A stretch of DNA of 64,000 bases from Macrostomum lignano (Eukaryota). The first letter of the stretch is position 1; each line of letters starts with the position of its first letter. Shown here one piece after another: positions 26,201-43,700 of this stretch. The notes beneath the pieces are model-generated. The model ran no database searches. It saw only the letters and a list, made by a program, of their open reading frames with translations, and had not been told where the DNA came from. Location of the stretch: the NCBI GenBank assembly GCA_002269645.1, contig NIVC01001368.1, forward strand, positions 182,380 through 246,379, read 5' to 3'. The position numbers were made by a program, and so were the translations under genes.

Positions 26201-29200
26201 GGTTTGGCTGCCAAGAAAATTTCTAGAAGTTCAGCTTGCCTAATTAGAGTTTCTTTGTCAATAAAAAGCTTGCCTAGCATTGCTGAATTCCACTACTGTT
26301 TATATTCACCCTTTTGGGCTTGATGCATTCGTCCGCTCACTAAGTGCATTAATCCCTGCATGCTCTCGGTAAATCACTCCGCCTCTCTGTGTCCAGCTTT
26401 GTACAGCTTGCCTCCATCGCCTCACGCTGCCAACCAGTTCTGCCCACCGGTTTATCGCTTCTGTCCAACGCGACCGAGCATTCACCGCCTTAACAAGCTT
26501 TGCCCGACTGCAACCGGATTCTCCAGTTGCAGTCCGATCCCCACTAATTCCCCAATCCGAGCCCCACTGATTCCCCAGTCCGAGTCCCATTGATTCCCCA
26601 GTCCGAGTCCCATTGATTCCCCAGTCTGAGCCCCACTGATTCCCCAATCCGAGCCCCACTGATTCCCCAATCCGAGCCCCACTGATTCCCCAATCCGAGT
26701 CCCATTGATTCCCCAATCCGAGCCCCACTGATTCCCCACTCTGAGCCCCACTGATTCCCCAATCCGAGCCCCACTGATTCCCCAATCCGAGCCCCACTGA
26801 TTCCCCAGTCCGAGCCACACTGATTCCCCAATCCGAGTCCCATTGATTCCCCAGTCCGAGCCCCACTGATTCCCCAGTCTGAGCCCCACTGATTCCCCAA
26901 TCCGAGCCCCACTGATTCCCCAGTCTGAGCCCCACTGATTCCCCAACCCGAGCCCCACTGATTCCCCAGTCCGAGCCACACTGATTCCCCAGTCCGAGCC
27001 ACACTGATTCCCCAATCCGAGTCCCATTGATTCCCCAGTCCGAGCCCCACTGATTCCCCAGTCCGAGCCCCACTGATTCCCCAATCCGAGCCCCACTGAT
27101 TCCCCAATCCGAGCCCCACTGATTCCCCAGTCCGAGCCACACTGATTCCCCAATCCGAGTCCCATTGATTCCCCAGTCCGAGCCCCACTGATTCCCCAGT
27201 CTGAGCCCCACTGATTCCCCAATCCGAGCCACACTGATTCCCCAATCCGAGCCCCACTGATTCCCCAGTCCGAGCCACACTGATTCCCCAATCCGAGTCC
27301 CACTGATTCCCCTGTCCGAGCCACACTGATTCCCCAATCCGAGCCCCACTGATTCCCCAATCCGAGCCACACTGATTCCCCAATCCGAGCCCCACTGATT
27401 CCCCAGTCCGAGCCCCACTGATTCCCCAGTCCGAGTCCCACTGATTCCCCAGTCCGAGCCACACTGATTCCCCAGTCCGATCCCCACTGATTCCCCAGTC
27501 CGAGCCACACTGATTCCCCAGTCCGATCCCCACTGATTCCCCTGTCCGAGCCACACTGATTCCCCAATCCGAGCCCCACTGATTCCCCAGTCCGAGTCCC
27601 ACTGATTCCCCAGTCCGAGTCCCACTGATTCCCCAGTCCGAGCTCCACTGATTCCCCAATCGGAGCCCCACTGATTCCCCAGTCCGAGTCCCACTGATTC
27701 CCCAGTCCGAGCCACACTGATTCCCCAGTCCGATCTCCACTGATTCCCCAGTCCGAGCCACACTGATTCCCCAGTCCGAGTCCCATTGATTCCCCAGTCC
27801 GAGCTACACTGATTCCCCAGTCCGAGCTCCACTGATTCCCCTGTCCGAGCCACACTGATTCCCCAGTCCGATCCCCACTGATTCCCCTGTCCGAGCCACA
27901 CTGATTCCCCAGTCTGAGCCCCACTGATTCCCCAGTCCGAGTCCCATTGATTCCCCAGTCCGAGCCACACTGATTCCCCAGTCCGATCCCCACTGATTCC
28001 CCAGTCCGATCCCCACTGATTCCCCTGTCCGAGTCCCATTGATTCCCCAGTCCGATCCCCACTGATTCCCCTGTCCGAGCCACACTGATTCCCCAATCCG
28101 AGCCCCACTGATTCCCCAGTCCGAGTCCCACTGATTCCCCAGTCCGAGCCCCACTGATTCCCCAATCCGAGCCACACTGATTCCCCAATCCGAGCCCCAC
28201 TGATTCCCCTGTCCGAGCCACACTGATTCCCCAGTCCGATCCCCACTGATTCCCCTGTCCGAGCCACACTGATTCCCCAGTCTGAGCCCCACTGATTCCC
28301 CAGTCCGAGTCCCACTGATTCCCCAGTCCGAGTCCCACTGATTCCCCAGTCCGAGTCCCACTGATTCCCCAGTCCGAGCCACACTGATTCCCCAATCCGA
28401 GCCCCACTGATTCCCCAATCCGAGCCACACTGATTCCCCAGTCCGAGCTCCACTGATTCCCCAGTCCGAGTCCGGTCTGAAGCCAAAAGCATTGTCATCG
28501 CAATTCTGCAACTGCTTTAACCCGATTGCATTTTCCAGCGCTTCGGTTCGCCGCTCGTCGATGCGCGATAAGAACCTGATGTCGCGGAAGGAGGCCCGCC
28601 AGGAGGCGCAGATGCTGCCATTTCTGACGCCTGAAGAGGACGCTGCTGGCAGAGTAAGTTGTGCGCCTGCTGAAATCTACTAAGCCACAGTGATCCAGTG
28701 CCTGCAATGAGCCACAGTGATCCAGTGCATGCAATGAGCCACAGTGATCCAGTGCCTGCAATGAGCCACAGTGATCCAGTGCCTGCAATGAACCACAGTG
28801 ATCCAGTGCATGCAATGAGCCACAGTGATCCAGTGCCTGCAATGAGCCACAGTGATCCAGTGCCTGCAATGAGCCACAGTGATCCAGTGCCCACACGGAG
28901 CCTCAGTAACCCAAATGAATAACCCAAATAAGCCACCGTAGCTCCATACCGTGTCCCCACTGGCACCCGCAGGCGGTGGAGTCCCAGCCGCCGCAACTGC
29001 CGCCTCCAACCGATCCGGCCGATATCGCTATCGCTGTGCCGCAGCAGCCGCAGCAGAAGCCGACAATTCAGCCACGGCTGCCGCGCCAACAGCAGCCGGC
29101 ACAGCCGCAGGTACCTCCGCAGACTGCACCTGCGCCACAGCAGCCTCAGCAATCGCCACAGCAGCCTCAGCAAGCGCTACAGCAGCCTCAACAAGCGCTA

Positions 29201-29512
29201 CAGCAGCCTCAGCAGGCGCTACAGCAGCCTCAGCAAGCGCAACAGCAGGCGCCACAGCAGTCTCAACAGGCGCCCCGGCCAATTTTGGCGCCAGCGAATC
29301 GTTTTGGCGCCACGCAGCCGCAGCCGCAGAGGAACGGCGGCTACCCGGTGCCGCCGGGCTCCGCCGTTTATCCGCGGGTTCCCTCACAGCAGGGGCTCGC
29401 AGCTGCTGGCGGAGGCGGCAACCGGATGCGCTTTGCTGGCACCGCAGGCGATACGGACCTGGTTGTGGGCGAGCCGCCAAAGAGCAAAGTCACCTGCTGC
29501 TCAGTGATGTGA
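21569..29512 (+). CDS. PPP1R16A: Protein phosphatase 1 regulatory subunit 16-like (MYPT3/TIMAP): RVxF motif, ankyrin repeats, Q/P-rich tail, C-terminal CaaX
   Basis: Exons 21569-21812, 21906-22122, 22862-22965, 23330-23680, 24659-24782, 28539-28653 and 28973-29512, all GT-AG with consistent phases. N-terminus RRAQQLKRY, MVRF, ankyrin motifs DGLTALHQCCID, WTPLHAAATCGH and GWAPVHVAACWGQ; ends TCCSVM*. The A versus B paralogue cannot be resolved. Confidence 0.9.
22170..22825. repeat. Intronic minisatellite (CACTCAGTCACTGCAGTGCCATTCAATTCGCAT) split by a SINE
   Basis: Units at ~22170-22334 and ~22698-22825. Confidence 0.85.
22335..22697 (+). mobile_element. tRNA-derived SINE, 363 bp
   Basis: Pol III A-box TAGCCCAGCGG and B-box GGCTCGATTCC, 3' A-tail, and a perfect 12-bp TSD TTCAATTCGCAT (22323-22334 / 22698-22709). 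Confidence 0.85.
23119..23211. repeat. (GA)n microsatellite
   Basis: Direct reading. Confidence 0.95.
23722..24545. repeat. Intronic 35-37-bp minisatellite (GAGCAGTCGGATTTCTAGTTTGAGTTGCAGAGGCT and variants)
   Basis: Direct reading. Begins ~40 nt after the donor at 23681. Confidence 0.9.
25640..25805. repeat. 33-bp tandem repeat, 5 copies (GGTGGTTGTCTAGTGCGCAGTCAAATTGTCAGG)
   Basis: Direct reading; 11-aa periodicity in the ORF track. Confidence 0.9.
26530..28472. repeat. 23-bp minisatellite (GAGCCCCACTGATTCCCCA[A/G]TCC), ~84 copies
   Basis: Direct reading; 23-aa periodicity in the ORF track. Ends ~65 nt before the acceptor at 28538. Confidence 0.95.
28683..28890. repeat. 27-bp minisatellite (AGCCACAGTGATCCAGTGCCTGCAATG), ~7.5 copies
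   Basis: Direct reading. Fills most of the 319-nt intron 28654-28972. Confidence 0.9.
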
Positions 29513-29779
29513 AGCTGGCAGAGACTGGCTATGAGCAAATTTGTCCCACTTGTTTTTGGTTCATTTTTTATTGCGGTTTGAGTTTTGTTTTTTGCCTTCA
29601 ACTGCTATGGACAGAGACGCAATAGCTGGGTAGTGATTTTCTATTCCTTGTAATTAGTTCTGGCCCTTCGGCGCTGCACCGCCCCGCATTCCGCCGCTTA
29701 TTTCCATCTCCGTGCGCACTTTTATTAGGTAAATAAGGCCGCTCCTTTTTTAGGAAATTCCGCGCCAGCGCCAACCCTA

Positions 29780-29825
29780 AGCGCTTCCCGCGATGGCGCA
29801 CGTCCGGCTTCCGTTCATGCCTGGG
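29780..29825 (+). promoter_or_regulatory. Probable NKAP promoter/TSS region
   Basis: GC-rich island with YY1-like GATGGCG and ETS-like CGGCTTCCG motifs, ~1 kb upstream of the first mapped NKAP exon. Confidence 0.3.
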
Positions 29826-30783
29826 TAGCAATAGTAATAATGCTTTCCTTATCCACTACTTAAAGCTCTAGTTAACCCTCTTCCCCGCATCCTTGCTTTT
29901 GTCATTTTTTGCTTAATTTGAAGGCCCGTCTGTCATTTCCAATAGGCAACTGCAAGAGCTCAAGCCAGACTTACTACTTGTTTGGCCGCTTGCCAGTAGT
30001 GACCTCAGCTCGCTGGCTGTCCTGCCGCAAATTTCAGCCTCTGCTCCCCCATGTTATTAAAGCCCTGTGCCCAATATCAGCAGCTCTGATTGCCGCAGAC
30101 TGCGCTAATCCTCCCAGGTTGTCACGGTGCGGATTGCGTAACCTTTACATGTTTTTAATCGCCTAACTGACGCTATGGACTTCTTATGTTTTTAGCCTTC
30201 TTACAGTACAGTCTGATGCGGCTGATGCTGCATGTCTCTGGCCGGGCGATAGACCGGGGATTTTAGCCACTTTTTCCACCGCGGCACCAGCCTTTTTAAT
30301 TAACAAATTATATTTATCTGTATTTATACTGCTATCAACTATTGTGTGCTTGTGTAAGCCTTTAGCACAAATATTCTGATTAACAATATATATTATTGAC
30401 TGCGCAAAATCTTGATGCCTGCATGGAGAATACAAATATAATTCCTATTAATTACACAATTGTTCACTTTGATTTAACAAGCAGTTAGAGGCTTAGGGCA
30501 GTTTTTAGCTTGAAATTATCAGACTACTCAGAGTAGTTCGGGTTATTCAGGGGACACCGCTATCACCCAAACCCTTAGCTATGTACGGTAGGTATGTTCG
30601 CTATATATTATATGTACTTACAAACTTAGTACATATAATAATATCTACGTTTAGTAATGTAAATTTAATGTAAATTAGGCTTTAATTTCTGGCCTAATTT
30701 TATCTATTTTTCATCCGCTACTTTGTTCGATGTTTAATGTTTAATTGTAAACATTTAAGCACTCGTTCCTTTTCATTTTGCAG

Positions 30784-32266
<1,483 letters not shown>

Positions 32267-33344
32267 CCTGCTGCTTGGGGTTCAGTATCAGATACAACAA
32301 ATGCATAACTATCTAAGGCTCATGAAAACCCCGTTTTTTCTTGCTATTAACGACCCCAGTAATGTGTGCTTAGCCAACTGGATTCAGGCACCCGAAATTT
32401 ATCGCTGTGTCCTCTGTTCATCACATTCATGTGTTCACTGTCGCTGCAGCTTCAAGTCCATGTAAATACACTATATATTGTGGATGCAGCACTTGAAATC
32501 GCGTCCTAATTTGTTCAAATTCATCAGTCGCTATTAACTTTCTGGCGAGTTTTGGCAATAACCGCGCCTTTGATGATTTGTCTATATGACTAACAGCCCA
32601 TGTGGCAGCGCAAGAGAATTTTAATTAAAGAATACGTTTTAAGGTTTACTCTTCATTGATTGAATTGATTGAGTTCTTGAAGCTTGAAATTCGGCTCACA
32701 TTACCATCAGTGACTCCGCGGGGAAAGATTGCTCAAAATAATTTTAAAATGGGCCTGGACCAACCAATTGTACATTGATTTGAGCAATGTTTGACCCTCG
32801 GGGTAGTCTGGCAGTAATTTGAACCGGCCTGGGGGTACGTACAGGTTTTGATGTATGAAGTTGTGTGATTAAGCAAACTTCACTGTCAAGTTGAAGGTTA
32901 TGGTAATACGCGAACAGAAGTAAACTAATGATCAACTCAATATTCATCTGCCGCGAGCCAAGGGGCAACCTTCAGCAAGGTTTAATTGCCTTGTATGCAT
33001 TAAAATGCAGTACATGTAAAGCACATCCTGGCTTAATTTGAAGCGGGAGAGCGTGGCAATTCAGCCATTAACTGGGCTATGAATCAGAGGTCATTACCGT
33101 GAAGTGGCAATTCGATTAATGACAAAAATATGCCTTTTCCAACCTCGATGTGACACAAGTAACTTCAAACGCGGTGTTTTCGACTGACTTGGGTGAAGGT
33201 CTGACTTAAAAATCCGGTTAGTCTTGTCTCAGGTCATCAAAAAGCAGATCAAAGGTGGATTGTTTGGTTTTTAATTTTCTTCCATTTTCGCATCCTTATT
33301 TAACCCCAAAATGAAATGCTGTTTACGGACGCCTATTGTTCGCT

Positions 33345-37002
<3,658 letters not shown>

Positions 37003-37565
37003 CCTATTGTTCGCTAGTTCGCTACAACGGTTGTCTACAAAAAAATAGTTGCCTGGAGGCCGCTTTAATTGTGTATTGCCTTGATTGCTTCTGTTGGATT
37101 TCGGCCTTTTCGGCTCCTTTGTGGAAGCCTTCGGGCCGATCAGGTCTCAAAAATGAACCCATTAGAGTCCTGGCCCCCCACTCCTGTCAGATGGTCAGCC
37201 CCATGGTAGCTTGATCTGTGGCGAGCAGTCTAGGTCCTATAGCTAAGAGAGGGACATGAAAGCGAGAGACAAGCAGGGAGAATTTTGAAGGTAGAGATCA
37301 GCCAATCCGCAGATTGACTAACCCGCTGCCACAGCCCGTGCGTTCTGGCTCACCAAACCGGAACTTTCGAAATCGGTCTTCCGACTAGGGGGGGCTTAGC
37401 ACTTACCTGCCAACTAGTGTCTTTTTGCTGTCAATCTCGAGGTCATAGCCGATGATAAGGGACACTGCTGGGACTGGGACTTGATCGCATTGGCCATGCA
37501 GGTACAGAGGGGACTTGTGCAGGGGATTCTTGCAGTGGCGAGACTATGGGGTAGTTACATGTACT

Positions 37566-38419
37566 GTTACATTGCTAAATACGAGGAATTGTACTTTTGG
37601 CCTTCAACGCGCCAACCAGCCTCTCGTAGCGCTGATGATAGACTAACTCGAGCTTCGGAGGCCGCATGATTCATTACCCGAGCCGCTTGGCGAACCTAGA
37701 GTGCACAGAGTACATCTCCAGCGCCGATTTTGCACTATTGGCACTTTTGCTAACTGATTTGATAGATTGATCGACTGAGGACTGCCTTGCCATTGGTCCA
37801 CTGTGACCGGAGCCTACTAGCTTAGCTATTCATCTGAGCCATCGGCGAACAAAGAAATAAAACCGATAAAAATAACTGTTAGATTTAACCTTCTCACTAA
37901 ATCCCTTCACACTTCAGATTGTATCGGAGTATCAGACTACTATTAGTATTATTTATTAAGTGATTTCTGCCTCAATAACAGCACTACTGAACAAAATGAG
38001 CAAAAGTGTGCGCCTAATCCAGCTACTGAAATGGGGGACAGATAAGGAATCACCCAATCAAGCAAGTCTAGGTAGCCTCTCCCCCAACCAATCAGAAACT
38101 CAACAGCCGGAGACCAAGTAATCCACAGTGACCGAATCGGCTTAGTGCTTCGCAGCTGTAGACCCGGGATGATGCTGATGTCACAATCTTCGCAGATAGC
38201 TAGCAGGTGATGATCTTAACCTTGATGTTCGCTGCTGATGACCGGGGGAATTCGTCCTTGATGGTGACGGGGGAAGTTGCGATCCGGGGATCAAGAGACG
38301 ACGGTCGAGCTCCGGGAGGTCTAAGTTAGGACAAGGTCTTAGGAGGTTGAGGTCCGAGGGGGCCAAAAACACCGGTTTAAATAGCCGCCAACTGGACCAC
38401 AATTTGTTGTAATGGAACA
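37566..38419 (-). mobile_element. Possible solo-LTR-like fragment
   Basis: Imperfect termini TGTTACATTG...TAATGGAACA and a minus-strand TATTTAAA near 38376-38383. No TSD found. Confidence 0.25.
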
Positions 38420-39779
38420 CCTCGACGCTGATTGGCTGAGCCGATTTGTTATAACTGACATCGAATTTTCTGATTGGCTAAGCTTGTTGCCACCCAAACT
38501 CACGTGACCAGAAGATCCTATCAGTTCCCTCGGGGCCATAAGCAGGTGCAGTCAAAACTCACTCAAAATCGCTACATAATGATTTATGACCTTTCGCGTA
38601 GGAATGACAAAAATTAATGAAAAAATACACATTAGAAAGGTCTCATTAAGTAGAAAGTGAAGATGGTGAAGAAAATTCACTAATCGCTAATCCCAACGTA
38701 CTTTTAGGGGTAAAACGCATAGCTGTCAGAACTGTCAAACGCTTGAGTGAACACGAACAATTAATAGGCCCTGACCTCATAAATCTGATGGCCTGTCAAA
38801 AATGTGAGAAAAAAGCTACCGCCCGCATCTTCTCAGACCATCTGGCGCCAGCCTCAGCATTGAGTGAGGCGCAGGTGGCTGTCAGACTAGCTCAAAAGCA
38901 ATGGTTTATGACCCCAAAAGCAGCAAAAAACCGCGCCCATGTTATTATAACTACAAGTATTGCAGATTCATATAGCTACAAAAGTCCTACTAGTATGAAT
39001 TCTAGGAAAATTAGAAAAAAGGAGAAAAACGCCCATAGCCTGCTATTAGTAGGCTACCAAGTTTGGAGCCCATGTGCGAGCGTGAAATTTGGAAAAAAAG
39101 TGCGTCCTCATCACTTCTCGCCAAAAATACTCGTAGTTTTGCATGCCTTGCGCTTGTTTACATACATTATGAGCAATATACTCTTGAACCATATTTTTTG
39201 TGACTCGTCCGCCACCATAAATGTATCAGTATAACGCCCATACACAGTATAACGTGTATAACTCCCTATGTGCGAACACCCTAAGGTGCTCGCACAGGCC
39301 ACTCACTAATAAGCTATCACTCGGTATATTTAATTTTCACTCTACCGTGGGCGACACCCTGTTCTCGTGAAAGTCTTGCCGAATTAATAAAATAACAGCT
39401 AGGTAATTTATGCCACCAAGCACAAGCTGAATGGCTTGGCCACCTCCAGATACAATCAGCCGCAGCGCTACCAGGTCACGCAGCAAGTAACTCTCGTACT
39501 CTCGTACAGAGCTTGTACACATCTTTGTATTTAATTTTGTATCCTTTCCCCAGCGCGATGAGCAGTCGGGGCGGAGTTTTATTCCACCTACAGGCTCGCT
39601 CTGAGGTGGTTCTTGGGCACTTGGAGGCGCTGCATTGATACTTTATGACAGCTACAGTGCGAGCACCATATCGCCTTGCGCCTCAGTTGTTGCCGCATCT
39701 GCTCTGGTAAATGCTGGCTTGCGATCCGGCCTGAGCTGAGCTACAGAACACACCAGCACCGAGAAGAAGCTCTCCAGAG

Positions 39780-40052
39780 ATGCCAAATTTGCTGCATCTT
39801 CTGCTGCTGGCTGCTGCCGCGGCTGCTTGGCCGGCAGCTGATGACAGCCCGCTGATTCGGACGGAGTGCGACAGGGACCTGGGCCTGCTGTCCGGACACG
39901 CCACCTGCAGCTACAGCTGGAAGCCGCTGGCCTACATTCTGCTGGTGGCCGCTGCCATAGCGGCAACGCTGCTGCTCCTGCTCTGCTTTTGCTGCCTCTG
40001 CGGCAAACCCAAATGTTTCAAAAACTGCTGCTGCTGTTGCTGCAAGTGCTGA
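39780..40052 (+). CDS. 90-aa single-exon type I membrane microprotein with a Cys-rich cytoplasmic tail (unknown family)
   Basis: MPNLLHLLLLAAAAAAW signal-like segment, ~30-aa ectodomain with 2 Cys, hydrophobic LAYILLVAAAIAATLLLLL, then CFCCLCGKPKCFKNCCCCCCKC*. Codon usage resembles neighbouring exons. AATAAA at 40315-40320. Confidence 0.65.
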   Translation: MPNLLHLLLLAAAAAAWPAADDSPLIRTECDRDLGLLSGHATCSYSWKPLAYILLVAAAIAATLLLLLCFCCLCGKPKCFKNCCCCCCKC

Positions 40053-40771
40053 GCAGAAATGCTCATCGCATATTGCATGCATTCTGCCACACAATTTTAC
40101 CAGTACATGCACTACTTAAGATTAATTGCAGATGTCATTGCTGTGCTTCACCCTGCAGCGACAGGCAATTAGTGCATTGAGACCCATGTCTTGAGTAGCG
40201 ATTCGGGAGACCAAAGATGGCCGTGCAAACCTTAAGTCGCTAAGGTGAACTTAAATGTATCTATATCATCCCTTCCTGCACTGCATTCGAAATTGTATTG
40301 TACTCCAGTGAACAAATAAACTCGTAAGAAATCAGCTTGATTGCTTTTAATTCAGTCCGGCAATGCACTGTGGACTGCAGAAACAAAGCGGACTTCCATT
40401 CTAAAGTTTTTGTGCTGTGTAAAATTGCTGGGGTGCTTCAATGGTGAGTTCTTGCATGGCGCTCCACGAATTGGTCAGTTAAAATTGCTTACAGGGTTAC
40501 CCCTGAGCGCAAATAGTCGTTAGTTGCTCTGTGACTCAAGATGATTCATGTGGTTCTCACTGCAATTCCAGCCCGGCCAGCCCTAGCACAGAGTTTTCCG
40601 CTTTCTCGTTGAACTTTTACAGTATAATTAATTAGTAATATTGAACTCCTGTGTCTGCCGCTCCTACAAGCCACTTCCTCTGGCAAGAGTCTCTTCAATT
40701 CGTCACCCTTAATTAAAAACCATCTGCTGATTCTCGTTTTGTCAAAGTTCAAAGAAAGCCGCGCTGTCCTC

Positions 40772-43700
40772 TCAGCTGGCAGTGGCGGCCACCGAGACGC
40801 CGCCCGTGGCCTGCATGGCGATCTCCATGTCGTCCACGCGGCTCGGCCCGTGCTTCATCAGAGTGAAAATCTGCGGGCAGTGCGGGGTTCTCAGAAAGCG
40901 ATCGCTGGCTTTGGTGGCGCTGACCACTGACCACTGATCACTGTCATGACCACTGACCACTGTCATGACCACTGACCACTGTTATGACCACTGATCACTG
41001 TCATGACCACTGACCACTGTCATGACCACTGACCACTGTCATGACCACTGACCACTGTTATGACCACTGATCACTGTCATGACCACTGACCACTGTTATG
41101 ACCACTGATCACTGTCATGACCACTGACCACTGTTATGACCACTGATCACTGTCATGACCACTGACCACTGTTATGACCACTGATCACTGTCATGATCGC
41201 TGACCACTGATCACTGTCATGACCACTGACCACTGTTATGATCACTGACCACTGATCACTGATCACTAAACTGACCACTGACCACTGATCACTGATCACT
41301 AAACTGACCACTGATCACTGATCACTGATCACTAAACTGACCACTGACCACTGATCACTGATCACTAAACTGACCACTGACCACTGATCACTGATCACTA
41401 AACTGACCACTGACCACTATCTACTGACCACTGACCACTGATCACTGTCATGATCGCTGACCACTGATCACTGTCATGACCACTGACCACTGCTATGATC
41501 GCTGACCACTGATCACTGTCATGATCGCTGACCACTGGCCACATGTACTACTGTGCTACCAGGGAAACCTCTGTCAGCTTCATCTTACGAGCTGGCTGTG
41601 CAACGCGCCAAACCTTCTGCATTTGAGTCTCATTGAATTTTTTAATTTACAACAGACTGGCGACTTTCAGAGAGAATTTGTTTGACAGATTTTATCGGCA
41701 GCGGTCGCTCATTTTCAAGTAAAAAGCACCTCTTCAAAATAGATCGGGCTTTTTGCAGTTTTATTAAGGAATCACCGTTTTGAAAGTTCGCTGAAGGCAA
41801 GTACACAAACTACTGCCTTGAATGCTATGACGTTCAACTGAGTTTCGGAGAATATCAGCGCATGTTCAGCCTTAATTGGTGCTAAAACTAAGCAAGCATA
41901 ATTGAGTGCTAAAACTGCTTTTGCAGTGAAAGAGCATTCAATGCTTGTAAAGTTGCTCGATTTCGGAGTGCTTTATCTCATCAGATCGCCCGCCTCACCT
42001 TGCTGCCGAACACCAGCACCAGGGTGGTGGTGGCGCAGACGATGATGCAGCTGGCGATGAGGATTAGCCGCAGCTCCAGGCTCCAGGTGGGCAAGGTGAA
42101 CAAAATCACCACCCCGATGAGCCCCATCACCGTGGTGTTGTACACGCAGACTCCGATTTTCTTTGAATCGTTCAAGGCCTCCACTTGCACCGCGCGCGTC
42201 TCCCAGGCCAGGAAGATGGCGATGAGCAGCAGGAAACCTGAGGACAAGATTGAGATGGGCAGCGTGAGGCTGGGGGTTTGTGAAAGAGTTTAAGCCTTTG
42301 TAGACTAAGTTGACTGCAAGCTCAGCATGGGTTCACAAAGCACTAAAACGGCTAGCAGAGAAGACATGGCCTACTGCAATAAATCAAAGAACTAAATTTT
42401 AAATCAGCATTCCACCTTTGATTCCCAGTTCGATTCCAATCCAGACATTCATTCTGGCGCAGGTACACTCATCGATAGTGTACCGCGTCACCGTCACATC
42501 GTCGCTCTCTCGCTAAAATGTTAGGTTGGCTAGTTTTGAGCTATAGTGATAGAAAGTAGCATTGTGAGTACATTATGGCATTAGTGAGACAGCAGAGTTT
42601 TAATGCGCCAGCGGAGCGTCACAAGCTTGGTACAAAATACTCGGCCTTATGGGCGCCTTGCACCAAAGTAACTGAACAGACGGGCCCCTGCTCAGTTACT
42701 CACCAGCGCTGGCAGCGCACTCGTGAGCAGCCTCATCGGGTCGACGCCACCCCAGACTGCCAGCAGTGCAGCGTCTGCTGCCAGCACGGCCAGGATCACG
42801 CCGAACAGGTGCGCATCCCGGATGGCCTGCAAAGAGTTTCGGAAGCAGAAGAGCATAGAAGCCAGAAATTTATGAGCCATTGTCATTTTCAATGGTGCTG
42901 ACCAACAGCTTGGAGTAGCAAAGATTGGCTCAAGAAACACTTAGGACCGTTTAGCACTTAACATTGGCGTCTTACGGAAATTTATTCAAGTGCCCAATTT
43001 CGCCTAAAATGCATCATTCAGGTACCCTCGGACGTTCCAGTTTTAAGAACTACAATAAACTGTCATTATCCCACGTATCCCATGCTGCGTTATGCATATA
43101 AAGATGTATGTTTTTGATTGAAAGGTGACCTGACCTGCACGTTTGGTAAAGTATTATTCTCAAATCCGCTAGAAGAAGAAAAAACAAAAGTACTGTGTAC
43201 TGTAGTACTGTAAAAGCACTGTAAACGGGTTTTGCAGAATTGCAACAAATCGGGTTTCACCGCAGACAATCTTAGACTACTCTTAGAAAAAACCCTCTTT
43301 CGTACATCAAGTGATTTAAAGTGTATTTTTCTCTCTCCGCTGATGCTTTTAAACGCCCCGAGGTAACGGCAACGTCTAGTGGTCCTTGGATTCGCTTCCG
43401 GCCTCCAAACTCACCACCCTGCGCAGCTTGACGTTGGTGAAGATGCGGTGCACCCGCCAGGTCTTAGCCAGCATGGCGCCGAAGGCAGCTGAGTAGCCGA
43501 GGGTCAGCAGGGCCGTCTGCGCCCAGCACAGGGCGGTGCTCACAGACCAGTGCGAGTTCGCGGCCATCACAATGCAGGAGGCGTAGCACATGAGGCAGCC
43601 AGCGCCAATCACATTGTTCACCAGCGGGCTGCTCATCTTGATGAGGCGCAGCTCCCTGTAGTGAAAGTTCACAGCGACCGCCGCCACGGACAGAGCCATG

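Noticed and set aside
26306-28511. Very long ORFs (730, 648, 405 and 235 aa)
   Set aside because: They are translations of a stop-free 23-bp minisatellite in several frames, inside an intron on the antisense strand.
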